Origin: the human T2T-CHM13v2.0 reference genome, Homo sapiens
Assembly (NCBI RefSeq): GCF_009914755.1
Contig: NC_060928.1
Length of the DNA stretch: 64,000 bases
Reading direction: 5' to 3' (one strand)
The notes under the pieces were generated by a model, which saw only the letters and a list, made by a program, of their open reading frames with translations, ran no database searches and had not been told where the DNA came from. Positions within the stretch are counted from its first letter, which is position 1. Each line of letters begins with the position of its first letter. Both the position numbers and the translations under genes were made by a program. This document shows positions 1-12,679 of the stretch, piece after piece.

Positions 1-1515
1 CTTTGGGTACTTTGTTATTTTATGTACGGTATATAATACATACATTGGGTACTTTGATATTTTATGTAAAGTATATAATATACAGTTTGGTTACTTTGAT
101 ATTTTATATACAGTATAAAATATATATTATGTGTACTTTGATATATTATGTACAGTATATAATATATAGTATGGGTTGTTTGATATTTTATGTACAGTAT
201 ATAATATATAGTTTGGGTAGTTTGATATTTTTAGTACAATATGTAATATATAGTTTGTTTTATTTGATATTTTATGTACAGTATACAATATATAGTATTG
301 GTACTTTGATATTTCATGTAAAGTATATAGTTTGAGTACTTTGATATTTTATATGCAGTTTATTATAAATGTTTGGGTACCTTCATATTTTATGTACAGT
401 ATATAATACATAATTTGGGAACTTTTATTTTATGTGCAGTATATAATACATACTTTGGGTACTTTGATATTTCATGTACAGTATATAATACACACTTTGG
501 GTACTTTGATATTTTATGTACAGTATATAATACACACTTTGGGTACTTTGATATTTTATGTACAGTATATAATACATACTTTGGGTACTTTGATGTATTA
601 TGTACAGTATATAATACATACTTTGGGTACTTTGATATTTTATGTACAGTATATAATACATACTTTGGGTACTTTGATATTTTATGTACAGTATGTAATA
701 CACACTTTGGGTACTTTGATATTTTATGTACAGTATGTAAAACATACTTTGGGTAGTTTGATATATTATGTACAGTATATAATACATACTTTGGGTACTC
801 TGATATTTTATGTACAGTGTATAATACATACTTTGGGTACTTTGATATTTTATGTACAGTATATAATACATACATTGGGTACTTTGATATATTATGTACA
901 GTATATACTTACTTGGGGTATCTTGATATTTTATGTACAGTATATAATGCATACTTTGGGTACTTTGATATTTTATGTACAGTATATAATGCATACTTTG
1001 AGTACTTTGATATTTTATGTACAGTATGTAATACATACTTTGGGTACTTTGATATTTTATGTATAGTATATAATACATACTTTGTGTAGTTTGATATTTT
1101 ATGTACAGTATACAATATATAGTTTGAGTACTTTGATATTTTATGTCCAGTATAAAATATATAGTTTTCCTAATTGATATTTTATGTACAGAATATAGTT
1201 TGAGTACTTTGATATTTTATGTACACTTTATTATAAATGTTTGGGTACTTTCATATTTTATGTACAGTATATAATACATACTTTGGTCTCTTTGATGTTT
1301 TATGTACAGTATATAATACATACTTTGGGTTCTTTGATATTTTATGTGCAGAATATAATGCATAGTTTTAGGTACTTTTATATTTTATGTACAGTATATA
1401 ATACATACTTTGGGTACTTTGATATTTTATGTACAGTATATAATACATACTTTGGGTACTTTGATATTTTATGTACAGTATATAATACATATTATTGGTA
1501 CTTTGATATTTTATG
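1..1515. repeat. Higher-order direct copy of about 8118-9635 (offset 8117/8120)
   Basis: Same ordered rare variants (AGTATGGGTTGT, GGGAACTTTTATTT, ACTTGGGGTATCTT, TTTCCTAATTG, CATATTATTGG). ORF starts 373/8490 and 1241/9361. A 3-bp deletion near 905 explains the offset change. Confidence 0.8.
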
Positions 1516-4500
1516 TCCAGTATAGAATATATAGTTTTGGTAGTTTGATATTTTATGTACAGTATATAGTTTGAGTACATTGATATTTTATGTACACTTT
1601 ATTATAAATGTTTGGATACTTTCATATTTTATGTACAGTATATAATACATACTTTGGGCACTTTGATATTTTATGTACAGTATACAATACATACTTTGGG
1701 TACTTTTTTTATTTTATGTACAGTATATAATACATAATTTGGGTACTTTGATATTTTATTTACAGTATATAATGCATACTTTGGGTACTTTGATGTTTTA
1801 TGTACAGTATATAATACATACTTAGGGTACTTTGACATTTTATGTGCAGTACATAATACATACTTTGGATGCTTTGTTATTTTAAATACAGTATGTAATA
1901 CATATTTTGGGTACTTTGATATTTTATGTACAGTATATAATACATACTTTGGTACTTTTATATTTCATATACAGTATATAATATATAGTTTGGGTACTTT
2001 GATATTTTATGTACAGTATATAATACATAGTTTGGGTATTTTGATATTTTATGTACAGTATATAATACATACTTTGGGTACTTTGATATTTTATGTACAG
2101 TATATAATATATAGTTTGGGTACTTTGATAATTTATGTGCAGTATATAACACATACTTTCGGTAGTTGGATATTTTATGTACAGTATATAATACATACTT
2201 TGGGTACTTCGATATTTGATGTACAGTATACTATATATAGTTTGGGTACTTTGATATTTTATGTCGGGTACAAAATAAATAGTTTTGGTACTTAGATATT
2301 TTATGTACAGTATATAGTTTGAGTACTTTGATATTTTATGTACAGTTTATTATTAATGGGTGCTTTCATATTTTATGTACAGTATATAATACATACTATG
2401 GGCACTTTGATATTTTATGTAGAGTATATAATACATAATTTGGGTACTTTGATATTTTATATACACTACATAATACATACTTTGGGTACTTTGATATTTT
2501 ATGTACAGTACATAATATATAGTTTGGGTACTTTGATATTCTATGTGCAGTATATAACACATACTTTCGGTACTTGGATATTTTATGTACAGTATATAAT
2601 ACATAATTTGGGTACTTCCATATTTTATGTACAGTATGCTATATATACTTTGGGTACTTTGATATTTTATGTCCAGTAAAAAATAAAAAGTTTTGGTAAT
2701 TCGATATTTTATGTACAGTGTATCGTTTGAGTACTTTGATATTTAATGTACAGTTTATTATAAATGTTTGGGTGCTTTCATATTTTATGTACAGTATATA
2801 ATACATACTTTGAGCACTTTGATATTTTATGTACAGTATATAATACATACTTTGGGTAATTTGATATTTTATGTACAGTATATAATACATACATTGGGTA
2901 CTTTGATATTTTATGTACAGTATATAATATATAGTTAGGGTACTTTGATATTTTATATACAGTATATAATATATATTATGTGTACTTTGATATATTATGT
3001 ACAGTATATAATATATAGTTTGGGTAATTTGATATTTTATGTACAGTATACAATATATAGTATTGGTACTTTGATATTTCATGTAAAGTATATAGTTTGA
3101 GTACTTTGATATTTTATATACAGTTTATTATAAATGTTTGGGTACCTTCCTATTTTATGTAGAGTATATAATACATACTTTGGGAACTTTTATTTTATGT
3201 GCAGTATATAATACATACTTTGGGTACTTTGATATTTTATGTACAGTATATAATACATACTATTGGTACTTTGATATTTTATGTACAGTATACAATATAT
3301 AGTTTGAGTACTTTGATATTTTATGTCCAGTATAAAATATATAGATTTCATACTTTGATATTTTATGTACTGAATGTAGTTTGAGTACTTTGATATTTTA
3401 TGTACACTTTATTATAAAAGTTTGGGTACTTTCATATTTTACGTACAGTATATAATACATACTTTGGGCACTTTGATGTTTTATGTACAGTATATAATAC
3501 ATACTTTGGGTTCTTTGATATTTTATGTACAGCATATAATACATAATTTGGGGACTTTTATATTTTATGTACATTATATTATACATACTTTGGGTACTTT
3601 TATATTTTATGTACGGTATATAATACACACTTTGGGTACTTTGATATATTATGTACGGTATATAATACATACTTTGGGTACTTTGATATATTATGTACAG
3701 TATATAATACATACTAAGGGTACTTTGACATTTTATGTACAGTACATAATACATACTTTGGGTACTTTGATATTTTATGTACAGTATATAATGCATACTT
3801 TGGATACTTTGATATTTTATGTACAGTATATAATACATACTTTGGGTACTTTTATATTTTATGTACAGTATATAATATATAGTTTGGGTACTTTGATATT
3901 TTATGTACGGTATATAATACATACTTTGGGTACTTTGATATTTTATGTACAGTATATAATACATACTTTGTGTACTCTGATATTTTATGTACAGTATACA
4001 ATATATAGTTTGAATACTTTGATATTTTATGTAGTGTATATAATATATAGTGTTCGTACTTTGATATTTTATGTACAATATATAGTTTGAGTACTTTGAT
4101 ATTTTATGTACAGTTTTTTATAAATGTTTGGGTGCTTTCAAATTTTATGTACAGTATATAATACATACAAAGGGCACTTTGATATTTTATGTACAGTATA
4201 TAATACATACTTTGGGTACTCTGATATTTTATATACAGTGTATAATACATACTTTGGGTACTTTGATATTTTATGTACAATATATAATACATACGTTGGC
4301 AACTTTGATATATTATGTACAGTATATAATACATACTTTGGGTACTTTGATATTTTATCTACAGTATACAACACATAGTTTGTGTACTTTGATATTTTAG
4401 GTACAGTATATAATACATACTTTGGGTACTTTGATATTTTATGTACAGTATATAATACATACATTGGGTACTTTCATATTTTATGTACAGTATATAATAT

Positions 4501-5421
4501 ATAGTTTGGTTACTTTGATATTTTATCTACAGCTTATAATACATACTTTGGATACTTTGATACTTTATGTACAGTATATAATACATAATTTGGGTACTTT
4601 GTTATTTTATGTACAGTATACAATATATAGTTTGAGTACTTTGATATTTTATGTGCAGTATAAAATATATAGTTTTGGTACTTTCATATTTTATGTACAG
4701 TATATAGTTTGAGTACTTTGATATTTTATGTACAGTTTTTTATAAATGTTTGGGTGCTTTCATATTTTATGTACAGTATATAATACATACTAAGGGCACT
4801 TTGATATTTTATGTACAGTATATAATACATACCTTGGGTACTTTGATATTTTATGTACAGTATATAATACATAGTTTGGGTATTTTGATATTTTATGTAC
4901 AGTATATAATACATACTTTGGGTACTTTGATATTTTATGTACAGTATATAATACATACTTTGGGAACTTTGATATTTTATGTACAGTATGTAGAACATAC
5001 TTTGGGTACTTTGATATTTTATGTACAGGATATAATGCATACTTTGGGTACTTTGATAGTTTATGTACAGTATATAATACATACTTTGGGTACTTTGATA
5101 TTTTATGTATAGTATAAAATATATAGTTTGCGTACTTTGATATTTTATGTACAGTATGTAAAACATACTTTGGGGAGTTTGATATTTTATGTACAGTATG
5201 TAAAACATACTTTGGGGAGTTTGATATTTTATGAACAGTATATAATACACATTTTGTGTACTTTGATATTTTATGTAAAGTATATAATACATACTTTGGG
5301 TACTTTGATATTTTATGTACAGTATATATTACATACTTTGGGTACTTTGATATTTTATGTACAGTATACAATATATAGTTTGAGTACTTTGATATTTTAT
5401 GTACTGTATAAAATATATAGT

Positions 5422-5497
5422 TTTGGTACTTTGATATTTTATGTACAGTATATAGTTTGAGTACTTTGATATTTTATGTACAGTTTGTTATAAATAT
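5422..5497. repeat. Representative junction cassette: 35-bp monomer followed by 41-bp monomer (recurs about 85 times)
   Basis: Seen: TTTGGTACTTTGATATTTTATGTACAGTATATAGT (35 bp, 5422-5456) + TTGAGTACTTTGATATTTTATGTACAGTTTGTTATAAATAT (41 bp, 5457-5497). The same pair precedes 373, 4128, 4750, 6616, 8036, 8490, 10312, 20110, 27270, 34332, 43612, 52256, 58810, 62516 etc. Confidence 0.9.
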
Positions 5498-8400
5498 TTT
5501 GGTGCTTTCATATTTTATGTACTGTATATAATACATGCTTTGGGCACTTTGATATTTTATGTACAGTATATAATACATACTTTGGGTACTCTGATATTTT
5601 ATGTACAGTGTATAATACATACTTTGGGTACTTTGATATTTTATGTACAGTATATAATACATACATTGGGTACTTTTATATATTATGTACAGTATATAAT
5701 ACTTACTTGGGGTACTTTGATATTTTATGTACAGTATATAATACATAGTTTGTGTACTTTGATATTTTATGTACAGTATGTAGTACACACTTTGGGTACT
5801 TTGATATTTTATGTACAGTATATAATACATACTTTGGGTATCTTGATATTTTATGTACAGTATATAATGCATACTTTGCGTCCTTTGATATTTTATGTAC
5901 AGTATATAATGCATACTTTGGGTACTTTGATATTTCATGTACAGTATGCAATACATACTTTGGGTACTTTGATATTTTATGTATAGTATATAATACATAC
6001 TTTGTGTAGTTTGATATTTTATGTACAGTATACAATATATAGTTTGAGTACTTTGTTATTTTATGTGCAGTATAAAATATATAGTTTTCGTAATTGATAT
6101 TTTATGTACACAATATAGTTTGAGTACTTTGATATTTTATGTACACTTTATTATAAATGTTTGGGTACTTTCATATTTTATGTACAGTATATAATACATA
6201 CTTTGGTCTCTTTGATGTTTTATGTACAGTTTATAATACATACTTTGGGTTCTTTGATATTTTATGTACAGAATATAATGCATAGTTTTAGGTACTTTTA
6301 TATTTTATGTACAGTATATAATACATACTTTGGGTACTTTGATATTTTATGTACAGTATATAATACATACTTTGGGAACTTTGATATTTTATGTACAGTA
6401 TGTAATACATACTTTGGGTACTTTGATATTTTATGTACAGTATATAATACATACTATTGGTACTTTGATATTTTATGTACAGTATACAATATATAGTTTG
6501 AGTACTTTGATATTTTATGTCCAGTATAAAATACATAGATTTCATACTTTGATATTTTATGTACAGAATATAGTTTGAGTACTTTGATATTTTATGTACA
6601 CTTTATCATAAAAGTTTGGGTACTTTCATATTTTACGTACAGTATATAATACATACTTTGGGCACTTTGATGTTTTATGTACAGTATATAATACATACTT
6701 TGGGTTCTTTGATATGTTATGTACAGCATATAGTACATAATTTGGGGACTTTTATATTTTATGTACATTATATAATACATACTTTGGGTACTTTTATATT
6801 TTATGTACGGTATATAATACATACTTTGGGTACTTTGATATATTATGTACAGTATATAATACATACTTTGGGTACTTTGATATATTATGTACAGTATATA
6901 ATACATACTTAGGGTACTTTGACATTTTATGTACAGTACATAATACATACTTTGGGTACTTTGATATTTTATGTACAGCATATAATACATACTTTGGGTA
7001 CTTTGATATTTTATGTACAGTATATAATACATGTTTTGGGTACTTTTACATTTTATGTACAGTATATAATATATAGTTTGGGTACTTTGATATTTTATGA
7101 ATGGTATATAATACATACTTTGGGTACTTTGATATTTTATGTACAGTATATAATACATACTTTGGGTACTTTGATAATTTATGTACAGTATATAATACAT
7201 ACTTTGGGTACTTTGATATTTAATATACAGTATATAATACACACTTTGCGTACTTTGATATTTTATGTAAAGTATGTAATACATACTTTGGGTACTTTGA
7301 TATTTTATGTACAGTATGTAATACACGCTTTGGGTACTTTGATATTTTATGTAGAGTATGTAAAACATACTTTGGGTAGTTTGTTATTTTATGATCAGTA
7401 TATAATACATACTTTGGGTACTTTGATATTTTATGTACAGTATATAATACATACTTTGGGTACTTTGATATTTTATGTACAGTATATAATGCATAATTTG
7501 GGTACTTCAATAGTTTATGCACAGTATATAATACATACTTTGGGTAATTTGATATTTTATGTACAGTATATAATGCATACTTTGGGTACTTTGATAGTTT
7601 ATGTACAGTATACAATACATACTTTGGGTACTTTGATATTTTATGTACAGTATATAATACATAGTTTGGTTACTTTGATATTTTTTGTACAGTATGTAAA
7701 ACATACTTTGGGGAGTTTGATATTTTATGAACAGTATATAATACACATTTTGGGTACTTTGATATTTTATGTACGGTATATAATACATACTTTGGGTACT
7801 TTGATATTTTATGTACAGTATATAATTCATACTTTGTGTACTTTGATATTTTATGTACAGTATATAATACATACATTGGGTACTTCGATATTTTATGTGC
7901 AGTACCCTATATATAGTTTGGGTACTTTGATATTTTATGTCCAGTATAAAATAAATAGTTTTGGTACTTTGATATTTTATGTACAGTATATAGTTTGAGT
8001 ACTTTGATATTTAATGTTCAGTTTATTATAAATGTTTGGGTGCTTTCATATTTTATATACAGTATATAATACATACTTTGGGCACTTTGATATTTTCTGT
8101 ACAGTATATAATACATACTTTGGGTACTTTGATATTTTATGTACGGTATATAATACATACATTGGGTACTTTGATATTTTATGTACAGTATATAATATAT
8201 AGTTTGGTTACTTTGATATTTTATAGACAGTATATAATATATATTATGTGTACTTTGATATATTATGTACAGTATATAATATATAGTATGGGTTGTTTGA
8301 TATTTTATGTACAGTATATAATATATAGTTTGGGTAGTTTGATATTTTTAGTACAGTATGTAATATATTGTTTGTTTTATTTGATATTTTATGTACAGTA

Positions 8401-11400
8401 TACAATATATAGTATTGGTACTTTGATATTTCATGTAAAGTATATAGTTTGAGTACTTTGATATTTTATATGCAGTTTATTATAAATGTTTGGGTACCTT
8501 CATAATTTATGTACAGTATATAATACATACTTTGGGAACTTTTATTTTATGTGCAGTATGTAATACATACTTTGGGTACTTTGATATTTCATGTACAGTA
8601 TATAATACACACTTTGGGTACTTTGATATTTTATGTACAGTATATAATACACACTTTGGGTACTTTGATATTTTATGTACAGTATATAATACATACTTTG
8701 GGTACTTTGATGTATTATGTACAGTATATAATACATACTTTGGGTACTTTGATATTTTATGTACAGTATATAATACATACTTTGGGTACTTTGATATTTT
8801 ATGTACAGTATGTAATACACACTTTGGGTACTTTGATATTTTATGTACAGTATGTAAAACATACTTTGGGTAGTTTGATATATTATGTACAGTATATAAT
8901 ACATACTTTGGGTACTCTGATATTTTATGTACAGTGTATAATACATACTTTGGGTACTTTGATATTTTATGTACAGTATATAATACATACATTGGGTACT
9001 TTGATATATTATGTACAGTATATAATACTTACTTGGGGTATCTTGATATTTTATGTACAGTATATAATGCATACTTTGGGTACTTTGATATTTTATGTAC
9101 AGTATATAATGCATACTTTGAGTACTTTGATATTTTATGTACAGTATGTAATACATACTTTGGGTACTTTGATATTTTATGTATAGTATATAATACATAC
9201 TTTGTGTAGTTTGATATTTTATGTACAGTATACAATATATAGTTTGAGTACTTTGATATTTTATGTCCAGTATAAAATATATAGTTTTCCTAATTGATAT
9301 TTTATGTACAGAATATAGTTTGAGTACTTTGATATTTTATGTACACTTTATTATAAATGTTTGGGTACTTTCATATTTTATGTACAGTATATAATACATA
9401 CTTTGGTCTCTTTGATGTTTTATGTACAGTATATAATACATACTTTGGGTTCTTTGATATTTTATGTGCAGAATATAATGCATAGTTTTAGGTACTTTTA
9501 TATTTTATGTACAGTATATAATACATACTTTGGGTACTTTGATATTTTATGTACAGTATATAATACATACTTTGGGTACTTTGATATTTTATGTACAGTA
9601 TATAATACATATTATTGGTACTTTGATATTTTATGTACAGTATACAATATATAGTTTGAGTACTTTGATATTTTATGTCCAGTATAAAATACATAGATTT
9701 CATACTTTGATATTTTATGTACAGAATATAGTTTGAGTACTTTGATATTTTATGTACACTTTATCATAAAAGTTTGGGTACTTTCATATTTTACGTACAG
9801 TATATAATACATACTTTGGGCACTTTGATGTTTTATGTACCGTATATAATACATACTTTGGGTTCTTTGATATGTTATGTACAGCATATAGTACATAATT
9901 TGGGGACTTTTATATTTTATGTACATTATATAATACATACTTTGGGTACTTTTATATTTTATGTACAGTACATAATACATACTTTGGGTACTTTGATATT
10001 TTATGTACAGTATATAATTCATACTTTGGGTACTTTGATATTTTATGTACAGTATATAATACATACATTGGGTACTTCGATATTTTATGTGCAGTACCCT
10101 ATATATAGTTTGGGTACTTTGATATTTTATGTCCAGTATAAAATAAATAGTTTTGGTACTTTGATATTTTATGTACAGTATACAATATATAGTTTGAGTA
10201 ATTTGATATTTTATGTGCAGTATAAAATATATAGTTTTGGTACTTTCATATTTTATGTACAGTATATAGTTTGAGTACTTTGATATTTTATGTACAGTTT
10301 TTTATAAATGTTTGGGTGCTTTCATATTTTATGTACAGTATATAATACATACTAAGGGCACTTTGATATTTTATGTACAGTATATAATACATACTTTGGG
10401 TATTTTGATATTTTATGTACGTCATATAATATATAGTTTGGGTACTTTGATATTTTATGTACAGTATATAATACATACCTTGGGTACTTTGATATTTTAT
10501 TTACAGTATATAATATATAGTTTGGGTATTTTGATATTTTATGTACAGTATATAATACATACTTTGGGTACTTTGATATTTTATGTACAGTATATAATAC
10601 ATACTTTGGGAACTTTGATATTTTATGTACAGTATGTAAAACATACTTTGGGTACTTTGATATTTTATGTACAGTATACAATATATAGTATGAATACTTT
10701 GATATTTTATGTGCAGTATAAAATATATAGTTTTGGTACTTTCATATTTTATATACAGTATATAGTTTGAGTACTTTGATATTTTATGTACAGTTTTTTA
10801 TAATGTTTGGATGCTTTCATATTTTATGTACAGTATATAATACATACTAAGGGCACTTTGATATTTTATGTACAGTATATAATACATACTTTGGGTACTT
10901 TGATATTTTATGTACGTCATATAATATATAGTTTGGGTACTTTGATATTTTATGTACAGTATATAATGCATACTTTGGATACTTTGATATTTTATGTACA
11001 GTATATAATACATACTTTGGGTACTTTGATATTTTATGGACAGTGTAGAATACATACTTTGTGTACTTTGATATTTTATGTACAGTATATAAAATATAGT
11101 TTGGGTAGTTTGATATTTTATATACAGTATATAATACATTCTTTGGGTACTTTGATATTTTGTGTACAGTATATAATACATACTTTGGGTACTTTGATAT
11201 TTTATGCACAGTATACAATATATAGTTTGAGTACTTTGATATTTTATGTACTGTATAAAATATATACTTTTGGTACTTTGATATTTTATGTACAGTATAT
11301 AGTTTGAGTACTTTGATATTTTATGTACAGTTTGTTAAAAATGTTTGGGTGCTTTCATATTTTATGTACAGTATATAATACATACTTTGGTCACTTTGAT

Positions 11401-12679
11401 ATCTTATGTACAGTATATAATACATACTTTGGATACTCTGATATTTTATGTACAGGGTATAATACATAATTTGTGTACTTTGATATTTTATGTACAGTAT
11501 ATAATACATACGTTGGGTACTTTGATATATTATGTACAGTATATAATACATACTTTGGGTACTTTGATATTTTATGTACAGTATATAATCCATAGTTTGT
11601 GTACTTTGATATTTTATGTACAGTATATAATACATACTTTGGGTACTTTGATATTTTATGTACAGTATATAATACATACTATTGGTACTTTGATATTTTA
11701 TGTACAGTATAGAATATATAGTTTGAGTACTTTGATATTTTATATCCAGTATAAAATATATAGTTTTCGTAATTGATATTTTATGTACAGAATATAGTTT
11801 GAGTACTTTGATATTTTATGTACACTTTATTATAAATGTTTGGGTACTTTCATATTTTATGTACAGTATATAATACATACTTTGGTCTCTTTGATGTTTT
11901 ATGTACAGTATATAATACATACTTTGCGTTCTTTGATATTTTATGTACAGAATATAATGCATAGTTTTAGGTACTTTTATATTTTATGTACAGTATATAA
12001 TATATACTTTGGGTACTTCGATATTTTATGTACAGTATATAATACATACTTTGGGAACTTTGATATTTTATGTACAGTATGTAATACATACTTTGGGTAC
12101 TTTGATATTTTATGTACAGTATATAATACATACTATTGGTACTTTGATATTTTATGTACAGTATACAATATATAGTTTGAGTACTTTGATATTTTATATC
12201 CAGTATAAAATATATAGATTTCATACTTTGATATTTTATGTACTGAATGTAGTTTGAGTACTTTGATATTTTATGTACACTTTATTATAAAAGTTTGGGT
12301 ACTTTCATATTTTACGTACAGTATATAATACATACTTTGGGCACTTTGATGTTTTATGTACAGTATATAATACATACTTTGGGTTCTTTGATATTTTATG
12401 TACAGCATATAATACATAATTTGGGGACTTTTATATTTTATGTACATTATATTATACATACTTTGGGTACTTTTATATTTTATGTACGGTATATAATACA
12501 TACTTTGGGTACTTTGATATATTATGTACCGTATATAATACATACTTTGGGTACTTTGATATATTATGTACAGTATATAATACATACTAAGGGTACTTTG
12601 ACATTTTATGTACAGTACATAATACTTACTTTGGGTACTTTGATATATTATATACAGTATATAATGCATACTTTGGATA

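Noticed and set aside
349-372. TATAAA / TATAAT motifs as TATA or -10 promoter boxes
   Set aside because: Present in nearly every monomer or cassette of 76% AT DNA, with no other promoter context or downstream gene.
6919-7998. Longest ORF (359 aa), resembling a hydrophobic repeat, beta-solenoid or membrane protein
   Set aside because: It is simply a long cassette-free run of monomers; the hydrophobicity follows from the T-rich strand, and paralogous copies are interrupted by stops.
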